Of a stretch of 42,883 nucleotides of DNA, positions 1 through 8,737 are shown piece by piece. The stretch comes from Nanoarchaeales archaeon. Its GTDB lineage: Archaea > Nanobdellota > Nanobdellia > Woesearchaeales > UBA583. The position numbers and the translations under genes are program-made. The notes beneath the pieces were generated by a model. It searched no databases. It was given only the letters and a program-made list of their open reading frames with translations, and was not told the DNA's origin. The number at the start of each line of letters is the position of its first letter. The first letter of the stretch is position 1. The stretch is taken from assembly GCA_013215525.1 (NCBI GenBank), contig JABSQY010000009.1:1-42883 (forward strand), given 5' to 3'.

Positions 1-2832
1 AGTCCAAATGAGAGTGCTAATGTATCGTTTAATAGTTTCTTTAATTTCACAGCTAATATTTCTTGTATTGGTGGAGAATGTGGAGATGTAATAATTATAT
101 TAGACCCAGAGGAAGTTGAAATTAATGAATCAGTAAACACAACTATAAACACAACATTAAACACAACATTAAACACAACATTAAACACAACTATAAACAC
201 AACAATAAACTCAACTATAAACACAACATTAAACACAACAATAAACACAACAATAAACACAACAATAAACACTACAATAAACACTACAATAAACACTACA
301 ATAAACTCAACTATAAACACAACATTAAACACAATATTAAACACTACAATAAACTCAACTATAAACACAACATTAAACACAATATTAAACACTACAATAA
401 ACACTACAATAAACACTACAATAAATACAATATTAAACACAACAGTAAATGAATATAATTTCACATTTGTTGATCCGTTAGTTGAATACGAAGGTGGAAA
501 TTTCAGTGCAGGAGAAAGTTCTTTTCTTCGAACTTGGGACTCATATGATTATGGACTTCCAAATACTTTGTCAAATGGAAGTAGAGGTATACTTGCTAGT
601 GAGATTGTAAATTTTACAGCTATATACACAAACACAAATATAGGAACTTCAATTAATACAACATCAGGAGGAGTTTGTAAAATCAAATTCAGTGATGGAG
701 AGTATAATATAACTTATGTTTCAGACAAATACGTTTATAATAGATCATTTTCAAATCCAGGGTTAAAAGAATACAGTATTACATGTACACATCCAACTTT
801 ATCAAATTTAACAACTATGAGTTCAATTGTAATTAGTAATAATTCAGATTCAACAAAAGGAGCTGTGTCAAATCAAACAGGAGCAACACCATTTTACACA
901 ACTAGTACAAATCCAATAACACTTACAAATCTAAGAGGAGGAGATACTCAAACTTTATTATGGAAAGTTAATAGTACAGGAATTATTGGTAAATCATATA
1001 CATTCTTTGTTGAAGGAAATGGAACTTATGTTGATTATAATAAATCAAAAGAAATTAATTTAACAATTACTTCCTATGATGTAACTAACCCTACAATAAT
1101 TTCAACAATTATAACACCAGGAATAATTGGAATTAATGAGTCAGTTAATTTATATATGACTGGTTCAGATAATGTTGGAATTAAAAGTTGTACTGCAATA
1201 ATTACTCGTCCGGGTACTAGTAATACATCATTTATTAATAATTTATGTAATACATCGTATACATTTAATAAGACAAATCTTACTGGAAATTATTTAATCA
1301 ATTTTAGTATATCTGACTTTGCTGGAAATACAAAAAATATAACTAAATATTTTGTAGTTAGAAAATTAATTAATTATAGTTTAAATATTTCAGTTGATGT
1401 ATCTTTTGGAATTAAAGTTCCAGCGAATCGAAATATTAATATTACAATAATTTATCCAAAAACTAATGGGGTGATTGTTTATAATAATTCAGTTAATGGT
1501 TCAATTTCAATTCAAATACCTGATGATTTATTTCACTTAAAATTTGATTTATTTAATAATAAGTTAAATATTTTATTAAAAAATATAAATCTATCTGATG
1601 AATCAAAAAAGAATATTGACTTTAACGAAGTAAATGAAAGTAAATATCCTACTCATTTAGTTACATATGGAATTGAAACATCACTTAACTTTACAAATGC
1701 ATCTGTTAAAATTTATTATAAAGGATTAAAATATAATCATGTAAATAATTTAGAATTATATAAATGTGATGATTGGAATTTCACAACTAGTGTTTGTGGT
1801 GTAAGTGGATTTAATAATACTGGTGCCAGTGCAAATTCAGTTGGAGAATATTTTGAATTAAGTACTAATTCATTTTCAGGGTTTGCAATTATTGAATCTG
1901 AGCCTTCCTGTGAAGACAATAATTCATGTGGTGGAGGTGGTTCAGGTGTAAGTTCAGGTGGAAGTTCTGGCAGTAGAGAATATGAACTATTACAATTAGA
2001 TAGCTGTGATTTTGGATATGATTTAAATGATGATAAAACAGAATGCATATATAATGAATCATACTTTGATAATCTTTACAAAACTCCTCATGTTAACATT
2101 ACTAAAGAACTTGATGATAAATCCGATTTTATTGAAACATTTGACCCAGTTGTCTCTAATGATTCTATTGAAATTCAAGATGATTTATTTGATATTAAAT
2201 TTGAATTAGATTCTGTAGTTATTGAAAATTCACATGATTTAATAAGTATTATTACCTTTGAGAAGTTTGGTTTAACTCCAACGTTAGTCAACTTTGAGAT
2301 TAATATTTATGATTCTCAAAATAATGTAGTATTCACAAATAAATATTCCAGATTCGTTGAAACTGACGAATTATTTTCAGAAACTTATAAAGATTTAAAT
2401 ATTTTAAAATCCGATAATTATATAATAGAATTAACTACTGAATATGGTAATGGTAAAATAGATAAATTCACTCAACACTTTACAATAGTGGAGGAAGAAT
2501 TAAATTTATTACCACATAATCTTTTGATTGGTATTTTATTATTATTAATCTTTGTAGGAATTTATCTAGTTATAAAATATAAATTAAATAAAACTTATAT
2601 AATTAAATTTAATAGAAACTATAAATTTTCAAATAAAAATAAATCAAAAAATCCAAAACAATATCTTGCTGAAAGATTTATCACAAGTTCCACTCATAAC
2701 AATGATTTAATTAAACGATGTAAGGAATTAGAAAAAAATAAATCATTAAAAAAAAGTTTTGAAGATAAATTAAAAACTAATAAACACAAAATTATGAACA
2801 GTTTAAATAATTTTTATAATAAAAAAAAGTAA
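1..2832 (+). CDS. Large cell-surface (glyco)protein, 5'-partial, with C-terminal TM anchor and Lys-rich tail
   Basis: Frame 1 is open from base 1, with no stop before the TTG at 568 used by the ORF track, so the gene enters from upstream. The protein is Asn/Thr/Ser-rich with very many N-X-S/T sequons. One hydrophobic helix (LLIGILLLLIFVGIYLVI) lies near the C-terminus and is followed by a K/N-rich tail. Stop is TAA at 2830. Confidence 0.7.
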   Translation, partial: SPNESANVSFNSFFNFTANISCIGGECGDVIIILDPEEVEINESVNTTINTTLNTTLNTTLNTTINTTINSTINTTLNTTINTTINTTINTTINTTINTTINSTINTTLNTILNTTINSTINTTLNTILNTTINTTINTTINTILNTTVNEYNFTFVDPLVEYEGGNFSAGESSFLRTWDSYDYGLPNTLSNGSRGILASEIVNFTAIYTNTNIGTSINTTSGGVCKIKFSDGEYNITYVSDKYVYNRSFSNPGLKEYSITCTHPTLSNLTTMSSIVISNNSDSTKGAVSNQTGATPFYTTSTNPITLTNLRGGDTQTLLWKVNSTGIIGKSYTFFVEGNGTYVDYNKSKEINLTITSYDVTNPTIISTIITPGIIGINESVNLYMTGSDNVGIKSCTAIITRPGTSNTSFINNLCNTSYTFNKTNLTGNYLINFSISDFAGNTKNITKYFVVRKLINYSLNISVDVSFGIKVPANRNINITIIYPKTNGVIVYNNSVNGSISIQIPDDLFHLKFDLFNNKLNILLKNINLSDESKKNIDFNEVNESKYPTHLVTYGIETSLNFTNASVKIYYKGLKYNHVNNLELYKCDDWNFTTSVCGVSGFNNTGASANSVGEYFELSTNSFSGFAIIESEPSCEDNNSCGGGGSGVSSGGSSGSREYELLQLDSCDFGYDLNDDKTECIYNESYFDNLYKTPHVNITKELDDKSDFIETFDPVVSNDSIEIQDDLFDIKFELDSVVIENSHDLISIITFEKFGLTPTLVNFEINIYDSQNNVVFTNKYSRFVETDELFSETYKDLNILKSDNYIIELTTEYGNGKIDKFTQHFTIVEEELNLLPHNLLIGILLLLIFVGIYLVIKYKLNKTYIIKFNRNYKFSNKNKSKNPKQYLAERFITSSTHNNDLIKRCKELEKNKSLKKSFEDKLKTNKHKIMNSLNNFYNKKK
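133..444 (+). repeat. In-frame tandem repeat, 26 units of 12 nt encoding [V/I/L]-N-[T/S]-[T/I]
   Basis: Read directly: units such as ATAAACACAACA and TTAAACACAACA run from 133 to 444. 23 of the 26 units contain an N-X-T sequon. Bases 301..348 are repeated perfectly at 349..396, a 48-nt higher-order duplication. Confidence 0.95.
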
Positions 2833-2896
2833 TTTTTATTCAAAATTTATTTTTTTAAAAACAAACATTTAAAACCTAAAATAATAAAAAATAAGT

Positions 2897-3493
2897 ATGA
2901 ACTACAACCACATCAAGCCAGGTACACTTGAAATATATTGCGGCCCTATGAAATCAGGAAAAACAAGAGAAATTCTTCACAAAATAGATAAAATTAAATA
3001 TTTAGAAAATTGTAACTTTTTATTTATTAAACCAAATATAGATACACGTGAAAGCTTTATTAAATCAAGATTTTCAGAAATGAAAGAACAATGTGAAACT
3101 GTGGATGAAAATAATCCAAATCAAATATTAAGTTTAATTAAATCTAATTTAGATTTATTAATAATTGATGAAATTCAATTCTTTTCAGAAGAGATAGTTA
3201 AAGTAATTGAAAAAATTTTAAAAACAGGAATCCATGTAGTAGTTGCAGGACTTGACACTGATTTTGCAGGAAAAGGATTCGGACAAGTACCACAACTAAT
3301 GACACTTGCAACACACGTTCATAAATTATCTGGAATTTGCGAATATTCTGGTTGCTCAAACTCTTCAATTCGTTCTCAAAGATTAATAGATGGTAAACCT
3401 GCTGGAAAAAATGACAAACAAGTATCAATTGAAGGACAAAACAATACTTATGAATCAAGATGTCTAGTTCATCATGAAGTTGAAGAAGAATAA
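2897..3493 (+). CDS. tdk: Thymidine kinase
   Basis: P-loop GPMKSGKT, IIDEIQFF (Walker B-like), VAGLDTDF, and a C-terminal Cys cluster (C..C...ESRC) typical of type II TK. TATA-like TTTAAAA at 2868..2874 lies 23 nt before the ATG. Confidence 0.9.
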   Translation: MNYNHIKPGTLEIYCGPMKSGKTREILHKIDKIKYLENCNFLFIKPNIDTRESFIKSRFSEMKEQCETVDENNPNQILSLIKSNLDLLIIDEIQFFSEEIVKVIEKILKTGIHVVVAGLDTDFAGKGFGQVPQLMTLATHVHKLSGICEYSGCSNSSIRSQRLIDGKPAGKNDKQVSIEGQNNTYESRCLVHHEVEEE

Positions 3494-3622
3494 TTCTTCA
3501 AACATATTTTTTAATATAATAACTAATTTTCAAACTTTAGAAGATAAAATAGTTATACTATGTAAAATTTAATTTTTAGAATATATATATATAATTGATT
3601 TAATAATAAAAAAGAAATAAAA

Positions 3623-3820
3623 TTATTTCTTTAAGTTCGCTTTCATTCCACCTTTTTGGTAGAATCCAGTCCACTTTAATTTTCTTGCATCTCTTTTCAG
3701 AACAAGCATGTTTTTCTCACACTTTAATGCACAAAAATTTAAAACTTGTCCGTTATCTCTAACGAAAATTTTTCCAAATCCCTTTTGAACTTCAGCATCA
3801 CAAAATGTACATTTAACCAT
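3623..3820 (-). CDS. rpl24e: Ribosomal protein L24e (eL24)
   Basis: MVKCTFCDAEVQKGFGKIFVRDNGQVLNFC..KC is the L24e zinc-ribbon signature. I place the start at the ATG at 3820 (MVKC), 2 nt after the rps28e stop and preceded by GGAGG about 11 nt upstream. The ORF-track start at 3850 would overlap rps28e. Confidence 0.9.
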   Translation of the reverse strand: MVKCTFCDAEVQKGFGKIFVRDNGQVLNFCALKCEKNMLVLKRDARKLKWTGFYQKGGMKANLKK

Positions 3821-3822
3821 TT

Positions 3823-4071
3823 TTACTTCTTTCCTCCAGTTTTCTTCCAAATCTTTCTAGCTTCGTATTCAGTCTCAGTCATCATTAATACATCATTAAC
3901 TTTAACTGGTCCTCTAACATTTCTAGTGATAATCTTTCCTTCATCACGTCCTGCCATAACCTTTACTCTAACTTGAGTAACACCACCCTTAGCGGATGCG
4001 TTACCGACAATAGTTTCAACAGTACCAGGGATACTTTCTACTACTACAGTCTTTTCTTTCTTTTTAGCCAT
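3823..4071 (-). CDS. rps28e: Ribosomal protein S28e (eS28)
   Basis: GGVTQVRVKVMAGRDEGKIITRNVRGPVKVNDVLMMTETEYEARK matches the conserved S28e core. It sits between L7Ae and L24e, as in the conserved archaeal operon. Confidence 0.9.
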   Translation of the reverse strand: MAKKKEKTVVVESIPGTVETIVGNASAKGGVTQVRVKVMAGRDEGKIITRNVRGPVKVNDVLMMTETEYEARKIWKKTGGKK

Positions 4072-4086
4072 TTTAAGTACCTAAAA

Positions 4087-4506
4087 TTATTCAGACTTCT
4101 CTTCAGTCTTTTCTTCAGTCTTAACTTCTTCAGCAACTTCTTCAGCTACTTCTTCAGTCTTAACTTCTTCAGTCTTTTCTTCAGCCATAGAAGCTACAAG
4201 AGCTTCTAAATCTTTTTTAGCAGCACCAGCATCAGTTACAGCGATTGCAGTTGTAGTTTTTAAACCAACAGCAGCACCTAACTCAGCTTTAGAACCAGCA
4301 GCAGCGTAAACTGCTTTCATCTCAGAAGATAATCCTTCTAAGTGAGCAATAATTTCAGCAGGTGAAACATCATTAGCAGCAACTACTAATTTAGCTTGTC
4401 CTCTTTCAATTGCTTTTGTAACTTCATTAACACCGATCTTAATTGATCCAGATTCTTTTGCTTTTGCAATGATTGCAAAAACTTGTTTTTCATCGATTTC
4501 TACCAT
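4087..4506 (-). CDS. rpl7ae: Ribosomal protein L7Ae (kink-turn binding) with an unusual acidic C-terminal extension
   Basis: GVNEVTKAIERGQAKLVVAANDVSPAEIIAHL matches the L7Ae/L30e RNA-binding core. The likely start is ATG 4506 (MVEIDEK); the ORF-track start at 4530 is a TTG. The last ~31 aa are an EEK/EEV repeat tail. Confidence 0.85.
   Translation of the reverse strand: MVEIDEKQVFAIIAKAKESGSIKIGVNEVTKAIERGQAKLVVAANDVSPAEIIAHLEGLSSEMKAVYAAAGSKAELGAAVGLKTTTAIAVTDAGAAKKDLEALVASMAEEKTEEVKTEEVAEEVAEEVKTEEKTEEKSE
4090..4184 (-). repeat. Low-complexity coding repeat (AEEKTEEVKTEEVAEEVAEEVKTEEKTEEKSE)
   Basis: The plus strand shows reiterated TTCTTCAGT/TTCTTCAGC units. In the protein this is an almost mirror-symmetric acidic tail on L7Ae. 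Confidence 0.85.
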
Positions 4507-4682
4507 TTTTAATTGTATCATAAACCTCAAAACTAAAATATTACGTTAGTAATATCCTGAAAATATTAATATTGGATTTACTCCAATTAATTATATTTTC
4601 TATATATATTTGTGAAATATTCAAATTAATTCAAATATATCTCAAAAATACCGTTTTGATTACATATATTAGTCGTTAACCC

Positions 4683-4741
4683 TTTATAAATCTCTTCAAA
4701 ATACAATGTTTTACTATCGCATAAATATAAACCTTTAAATA
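4683..4741 (+). promoter_or_regulatory. Two TATA-box candidates upstream of csp (TTTATAAA 4683..4690 and TTTAAATA 4734..4741)
   Basis: Both are preceded by the CC/ACC context (CCTTTATAAA, AACCTTTAAAT) seen at other promoters in the window. They lie 124 and 73 nt before ATG 4814, so this gene, unlike most here, would have a real 5' leader. Confidence 0.45.
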
Positions 4742-4753
4742 CTAGAGCGGATT

Positions 4754-4809
4754 AAATTTACTTAGTGGAAGCGAAGAGTAACATTAGTAAAATTTCTTCC
4801 AGTAAATTT
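4754..4809 (+). promoter_or_regulatory. Imperfect hairpin in the csp leader, ending 4 nt before the ATG
   Basis: AAATTTAC (4754..4761) pairs with GTAAATTT (4802..4809). TGGAAG (4766..4771) pairs with CTTCCA (4796..4801). There is a 4-nt bulge and a 24-nt loop. Confidence 0.4.
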
Positions 4810-4813
4810 TAAA

Positions 4814-5083
4814 ATGGAAGGAAAAGTAAAGTTTTTTAACACAGAGAAAGGATTTGGTTTCATTGCTGATACTGAAGGTAAAGAGTATTTTGTACACATT
4901 TCAGGGATTGAAAACAATCAAGAATTAGAACAAAACCAAAGAGTTTCTTTCGAAATTGAACAAGGGGACAGAGGTCCTAAAGCTGTAGACGTAAAAGTTT
5001 TAGCTGATGAAGAAGAATCATCTGAAGATTCAGAAGAATCCTCAGAAGATGAAGCTACTGAAGAAGTAGCTGACGAAGAATAA
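4814..5083 (+). CDS. Cold-shock domain protein (CspA family) with acidic Ser/Glu tail
   Basis: GKVKFFNTEKGFGFI (RNP1) and EYFVHISGI (RNP2-like), with QRVSFEIEQGDRGPKAVDV, make a complete CSD. It is followed by EEESSEDSEESSEDEATEEVADEE. Confidence 0.85.
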   Translation: MEGKVKFFNTEKGFGFIADTEGKEYFVHISGIENNQELEQNQRVSFEIEQGDRGPKAVDVKVLADEEESSEDSEESSEDEATEEVADEE

Positions 5084-5248
5084 ATTTATTTATTCTTTTT
5101 TTATTAAACAAAAATTAATTATTCTACAAAAATTCAAATAAAAACTTATAATTATACTATTTTCTACAAATTAGATACTAAATAAAAAGAAAATCAAAAA
5201 AACTAATAGTAAACAGTTCTACACATTAATTCTACAAACTAGACAATT

Positions 5249-5755
5249 CTACATCTTAGTCCAAGAAGACTCGAAATATGTAACATCATTCTCAATGTCA
5301 ATCACAGCATTTAACAACTTTTTCTTAGTAGAATGAGCAACTCTATTAAAACTTGCAAAATCGGACACAGCTAGTTTATCTTTATGTGAAACTACAACTA
5401 CAAGCCACTCTGAGTGTCCGTCACCAACAGCTACACCTTTCTCATATATTCTAAAATCAACGCCATAACGTAATCCAGACTGTACATTATAACCTTTTTT
5501 AACCAAATCAGAATAAACTAAAAATACATTAATATCAACTTTTAACTTTTTAATAATCTCATTAAACTCTACTTTTTTATTTTTAGAATTTATAACTTCA
5601 ATCTTATTTTTATTAATTAAAAATAAAACTTCATAAACATTTAAAGAAAACAAATTATCTAATTTTTCACCAAACCCTTTTGAATTCAAACTTTGCCAAG
5701 AATTTTCTTCTAAAACAAAATTGTTTTTAATTAATTGAACTTTAAACTTATTCAT
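5249..5755 (-). CDS. endA: tRNA-splicing (intron) endonuclease, short homotetramer-type subunit
   Basis: GLRYGVDFRIYEKG, GHSEWLVVVV and NRVAHSTKKKL match the EndA catalytic Y/H/K region. The start overlaps the upstream gene's stop by 8 nt (ATGAATAA). Confidence 0.8.
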   Translation of the reverse strand: MNKFKVQLIKNNFVLEENSWQSLNSKGFGEKLDNLFSLNVYEVLFLINKNKIEVINSKNKKVEFNEIIKKLKVDINVFLVYSDLVKKGYNVQSGLRYGVDFRIYEKGVAVGDGHSEWLVVVVSHKDKLAVSDFASFNRVAHSTKKKLLNAVIDIENDVTYFESSWTKM

Positions 5756-6308
5756 TTGTTATAATATAAAATATTTTACCAAGTAATTGGTTTTCATTAA
5801 TTTTTACAATATCATCACTGGATGAAATATGAATTAAATCATTATTAAAAATTAAGTATTTTCCAGTTTTTAAAATTCCATTAACTCTAAATGCAACAAA
5901 ATCTCCTTTAACTAATTGTGAAACTGTTTTCTCTAAATAATAAACTCCATCTTCTTCTCCAACATTTCCTTTAAATGTAAGTGAAATTACAGAATTATCC
6001 TTTTTTGAATTAAAATAACTAACTTGTGAAATTTCAACATCTAACTCATTAAAACTAGAATACCTCTCAGTAACTCTTGCACGTGAGAGAGTAGAATTTG
6101 AATTATCTGCAATATTGAACGTTGCAGCTTTTTGAACTTGTTCAATATCTTCTAAAAGAGATTGTGTAGATTGAACATGAGCTCCAATTGGTGTCACATC
6201 GGACAACACAACACGGCTCATAAGTACAATTAAACTCAAAAATAATGTCAAAAATAAAATAAATCCAATTGACAAGAAATAATTAAGCATTTTCTCTTTT
6301 TTATTCAT
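5748..6308 (-). CDS. Hypothetical N-terminally membrane-anchored protein
   Basis: A single N-terminal TM segment (YFLSIGFILFLTLFLSLIVLM) with no recognisable catalytic motif. It is translationally coupled to endA. A TATA-like TTTATATATA lies about 21 nt upstream of the ATG. Confidence 0.6.
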   Translation of the reverse strand: MNKKEKMLNYFLSIGFILFLTLFLSLIVLMSRVVLSDVTPIGAHVQSTQSLLEDIEQVQKAATFNIADNSNSTLSRARVTERYSSFNELDVEISQVSYFNSKKDNSVISLTFKGNVGEEDGVYYLEKTVSQLVKGDFVAFRVNGILKTGKYLIFNNDLIHISSSDDIVKINENQLLGKIFYIITNE

Positions 6309-6686
6309 ATAGTATAATTTCTTTTATAATATATATAAAACTTTGCTTAAACTTTTGTAGGAAGTTTAAACAACGGCTTAGAAATCTTCGATTTCTTGAG
6401 TTATCTTTTATTACATATAATAACATAATTAATAATTATCAAATTTGATACTTTAAGGTATCCAAAGAATAGAATTATAATGAATTTAATCTAATTTTAT
6501 TCCATTTCATTACATAAAATAAAATTAAACTCTTTATAATATACATATTCCATAAAATTTTCTCAAATTTTACTAGCCAATATACAATTTTTACTTAAAC
6601 TTTCTTCATATCGCTTTCGCTCAATTCGAAAATTTAAGCAAAAATAAACTTTATTTATGCCAAAAACAACCAAAAAAATCAAAACC

Positions 6687-6694
6687 TTTATAAA
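6687..6694 (+). promoter_or_regulatory. TATA box (AACCTTTATAAA context) for the surface-protein gene
   Basis: Same AACCTTTATAAA motif as at 18661 and 21569. It lies 37 nt before ATG 6731, giving a short leader. Confidence 0.55.
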
Positions 6695-6730
6695 TTATTA
6701 ATTAGAGAGTAGTAATATAATATAAATAAA

Positions 6731-8695
6731 ATGGTTCAAACAAAATTCAATAAAATCACTACATTACTCGTAGCAGTATTATTATCATTAACTTTCGTTA
6801 GTGCGGCAGCAAGTTTTACCTTAACACCTACTACAGTTGAGGACACACTTGAGACTGGAGACACAAAAAGTGTTGAATATACAATTACAAACACTGGAGA
6901 TCAAGTATTAAATCTTACTATCTCAAAAACTAATCCAACTTTAAACTCAGATTCCGTTGCAACAACACTATCTACAACCTCTATTGTTGAATTAGGAACT
7001 ACAAACTCTACAACATTTACAGTTGACTACAAACCATTATCAATTGACTTTGGTGTATATGAAGGATTAATTAAAGTATCAAACACTCAAGATGATACAT
7101 TATATATAGAATCTACAACTTCATTAAACGTTACACCTGTGACTGGAGCTTTATTAAAAATTAGTTTAGAAAACAATCTAGTTTCAATGGATGGAGAAAT
7201 TAACAGAGATGAATCCAAATCATTTAAAATTGAAAATATTGGAACAATTGATTTAAATAATCTAGATTTCAAATTTCACGATTTAGAAGGACAAGATTAT
7301 GGTGATGAAATTGAAGATAATGATATCGACTTAGAGAATGATAAAAAGTTTGACTTAAACGTTGGTAAATCAAAAAGAGTTGAAATTGAAATTGATGTTC
7401 CTAAAGGAATTGAAGTAGACTTATATCAAGGATATGTAACAGTTACAACTGAAGAAGGATATGAATTTGAGTTTGATTTAGAAATTGAAATTGATGGTGG
7501 GGATGTTGAAGTTGAATTTGCAAATGATTTATACACAAAAAATGGAATCATTAAATTAGTTGGAGAACCAGGAGACTCATTAGATGATTACGAAATTAGA
7601 ATTGAAAATACTGGTGATGTAAACGTTAAAGATTTAAGAATTGAATTAAAAGGGGATTTAGAAGAAATTTATAGTGACTATAGTTTAGATTCATCAGTTG
7701 TTGATTTTTCAATTACAAATGGATTAGATATTGATGAAAGTGATTATGAAGATATTGACATTATGATTGATTTACCAAACAATGCAAGAACTGGGGTATA
7801 TTCAGGAGAAATTAGATTATTATCTTCATCTGGACAAGTATATGATAAATTAAGATTAGAAGTTAAGGTAATTGGAGATGTATATATTGAGAAATTTGAA
7901 TTTGATGAATCAGTAAACCAAGATGAAAACTTTGATTTAAAAGTTACAATTACAAACCAAGGTTCAAAGACTGAAAAGAATGTAAAAATTACAGGAACAA
8001 TTATTGGAGTAGATTTAGGAAACACTGATATTATTGAATCAACAAACACATTCCTATTAACATCTGGACAAACAAGAACGGACACATTAAGATTTGACAT
8101 TCCAGAATCAGCAAGAGATGGTACACATATTTTAGAATTAACATTAACTTATGCAGATGGTTCAATTACAGAATTATTAGAAATTGATGTAGTAAGACCT
8201 GATAATAAAATTATTATGGTAAGTTCAGGAATTGGACAAAACGTAATTAAATGTGATGAATCATTATATGTATTCTCAAAAGCAAAAAATACTGGTAAAT
8301 ACGACCAAAGAGCAACATTCACTGCTGAAGTATTAGGAACTGGAATTAAGAACGAAATTAAAGGTATTAACATTGATGTTGATGAAACTTTCCAACAAAA
8401 CTTTAATTTAAATTTAAACGATTTAGAATCAGGAACTTATGAAGTTGTAACAAAAGTATCATATAATGGATTCTTTGTTAAAAATACTAATACTGTAGTT
8501 GTAAAAGATTGTAGTGGTTTTTCAACTGGTTTAAATGTTAAAACAATTGAAGATGATAAAGTTGAAGATAACACTGACAACACAGCAGATACAACTGAAT
8601 TATTCGGTTACGAATTAGAACAAACTCAAATTTATTTAATTGTAGGAATTTCCTTAATTATGGTTTTAATCATTATTAGTTTATTCTTTATCTAA
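6731..8695 (+). CDS. S-layer-like / cell-surface protein: signal peptide, repeated beta-sandwich-like modules, C-terminal TM anchor
   Basis: Signal peptide LLVAVLLSLTFVSAAAS. The pattern L..G.s..v.ytItNtG...l.nl recurs several times (for example SVEYTITNTGDQVLNLTI, KIENIGTIDLNNLDF, RIENTGDVNVKDLRI, VTITNQGSKTEKNVKI), as in CARDB/NEW3-type surface domains. The protein is highly acidic and ends in a TM helix (IYLIVGISLIMVLIIISLFFI). It follows the longest intergenic region in the window. Confidence 0.65.
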   Translation: MVQTKFNKITTLLVAVLLSLTFVSAAASFTLTPTTVEDTLETGDTKSVEYTITNTGDQVLNLTISKTNPTLNSDSVATTLSTTSIVELGTTNSTTFTVDYKPLSIDFGVYEGLIKVSNTQDDTLYIESTTSLNVTPVTGALLKISLENNLVSMDGEINRDESKSFKIENIGTIDLNNLDFKFHDLEGQDYGDEIEDNDIDLENDKKFDLNVGKSKRVEIEIDVPKGIEVDLYQGYVTVTTEEGYEFEFDLEIEIDGGDVEVEFANDLYTKNGIIKLVGEPGDSLDDYEIRIENTGDVNVKDLRIELKGDLEEIYSDYSLDSSVVDFSITNGLDIDESDYEDIDIMIDLPNNARTGVYSGEIRLLSSSGQVYDKLRLEVKVIGDVYIEKFEFDESVNQDENFDLKVTITNQGSKTEKNVKITGTIIGVDLGNTDIIESTNTFLLTSGQTRTDTLRFDIPESARDGTHILELTLTYADGSITELLEIDVVRPDNKIIMVSSGIGQNVIKCDESLYVFSKAKNTGKYDQRATFTAEVLGTGIKNEIKGINIDVDETFQQNFNLNLNDLESGTYEVVTKVSYNGFFVKNTNTVVVKDCSGFSTGLNVKTIEDDKVEDNTDNTADTTELFGYELEQTQIYLIVGISLIMVLIIISLFFI

Positions 8696-8737
8696 TTAAT
8701 AATTTTTTATTTTTAAATATAATTTTAACAAATAAAA

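Noticed and set aside
133-444. Regular short repeats could superficially suggest a CRISPR-like array
   Set aside because: The period is 12 nt with no spacers, and the array is in frame within a CDS that encodes a peptide repeat.
1737-2209. ORF-track entries 1737..2048 (-) and 2027..2209 (+) inside the first surface-protein gene
   Set aside because: They lie entirely within a much longer, compositionally coherent frame-1 CDS. They have no promoter geometry and no motifs, so they are shadow ORFs.
3198-4209. Antisense or alternative-frame ORFs 3198..3458 (-), 3746..3976 (+), 3973..4209 (+)
   Set aside because: They overlap tdk, rpl24e, rps28e and rpl7ae, all of which have strong family signatures on the other strand or frame.
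7087-8373. Minus-strand ORFs 7087..7272, 7744..8100, 8149..8373
   Set aside because: They are shadows of the 654-aa surface-protein gene, made possible by its codon bias.
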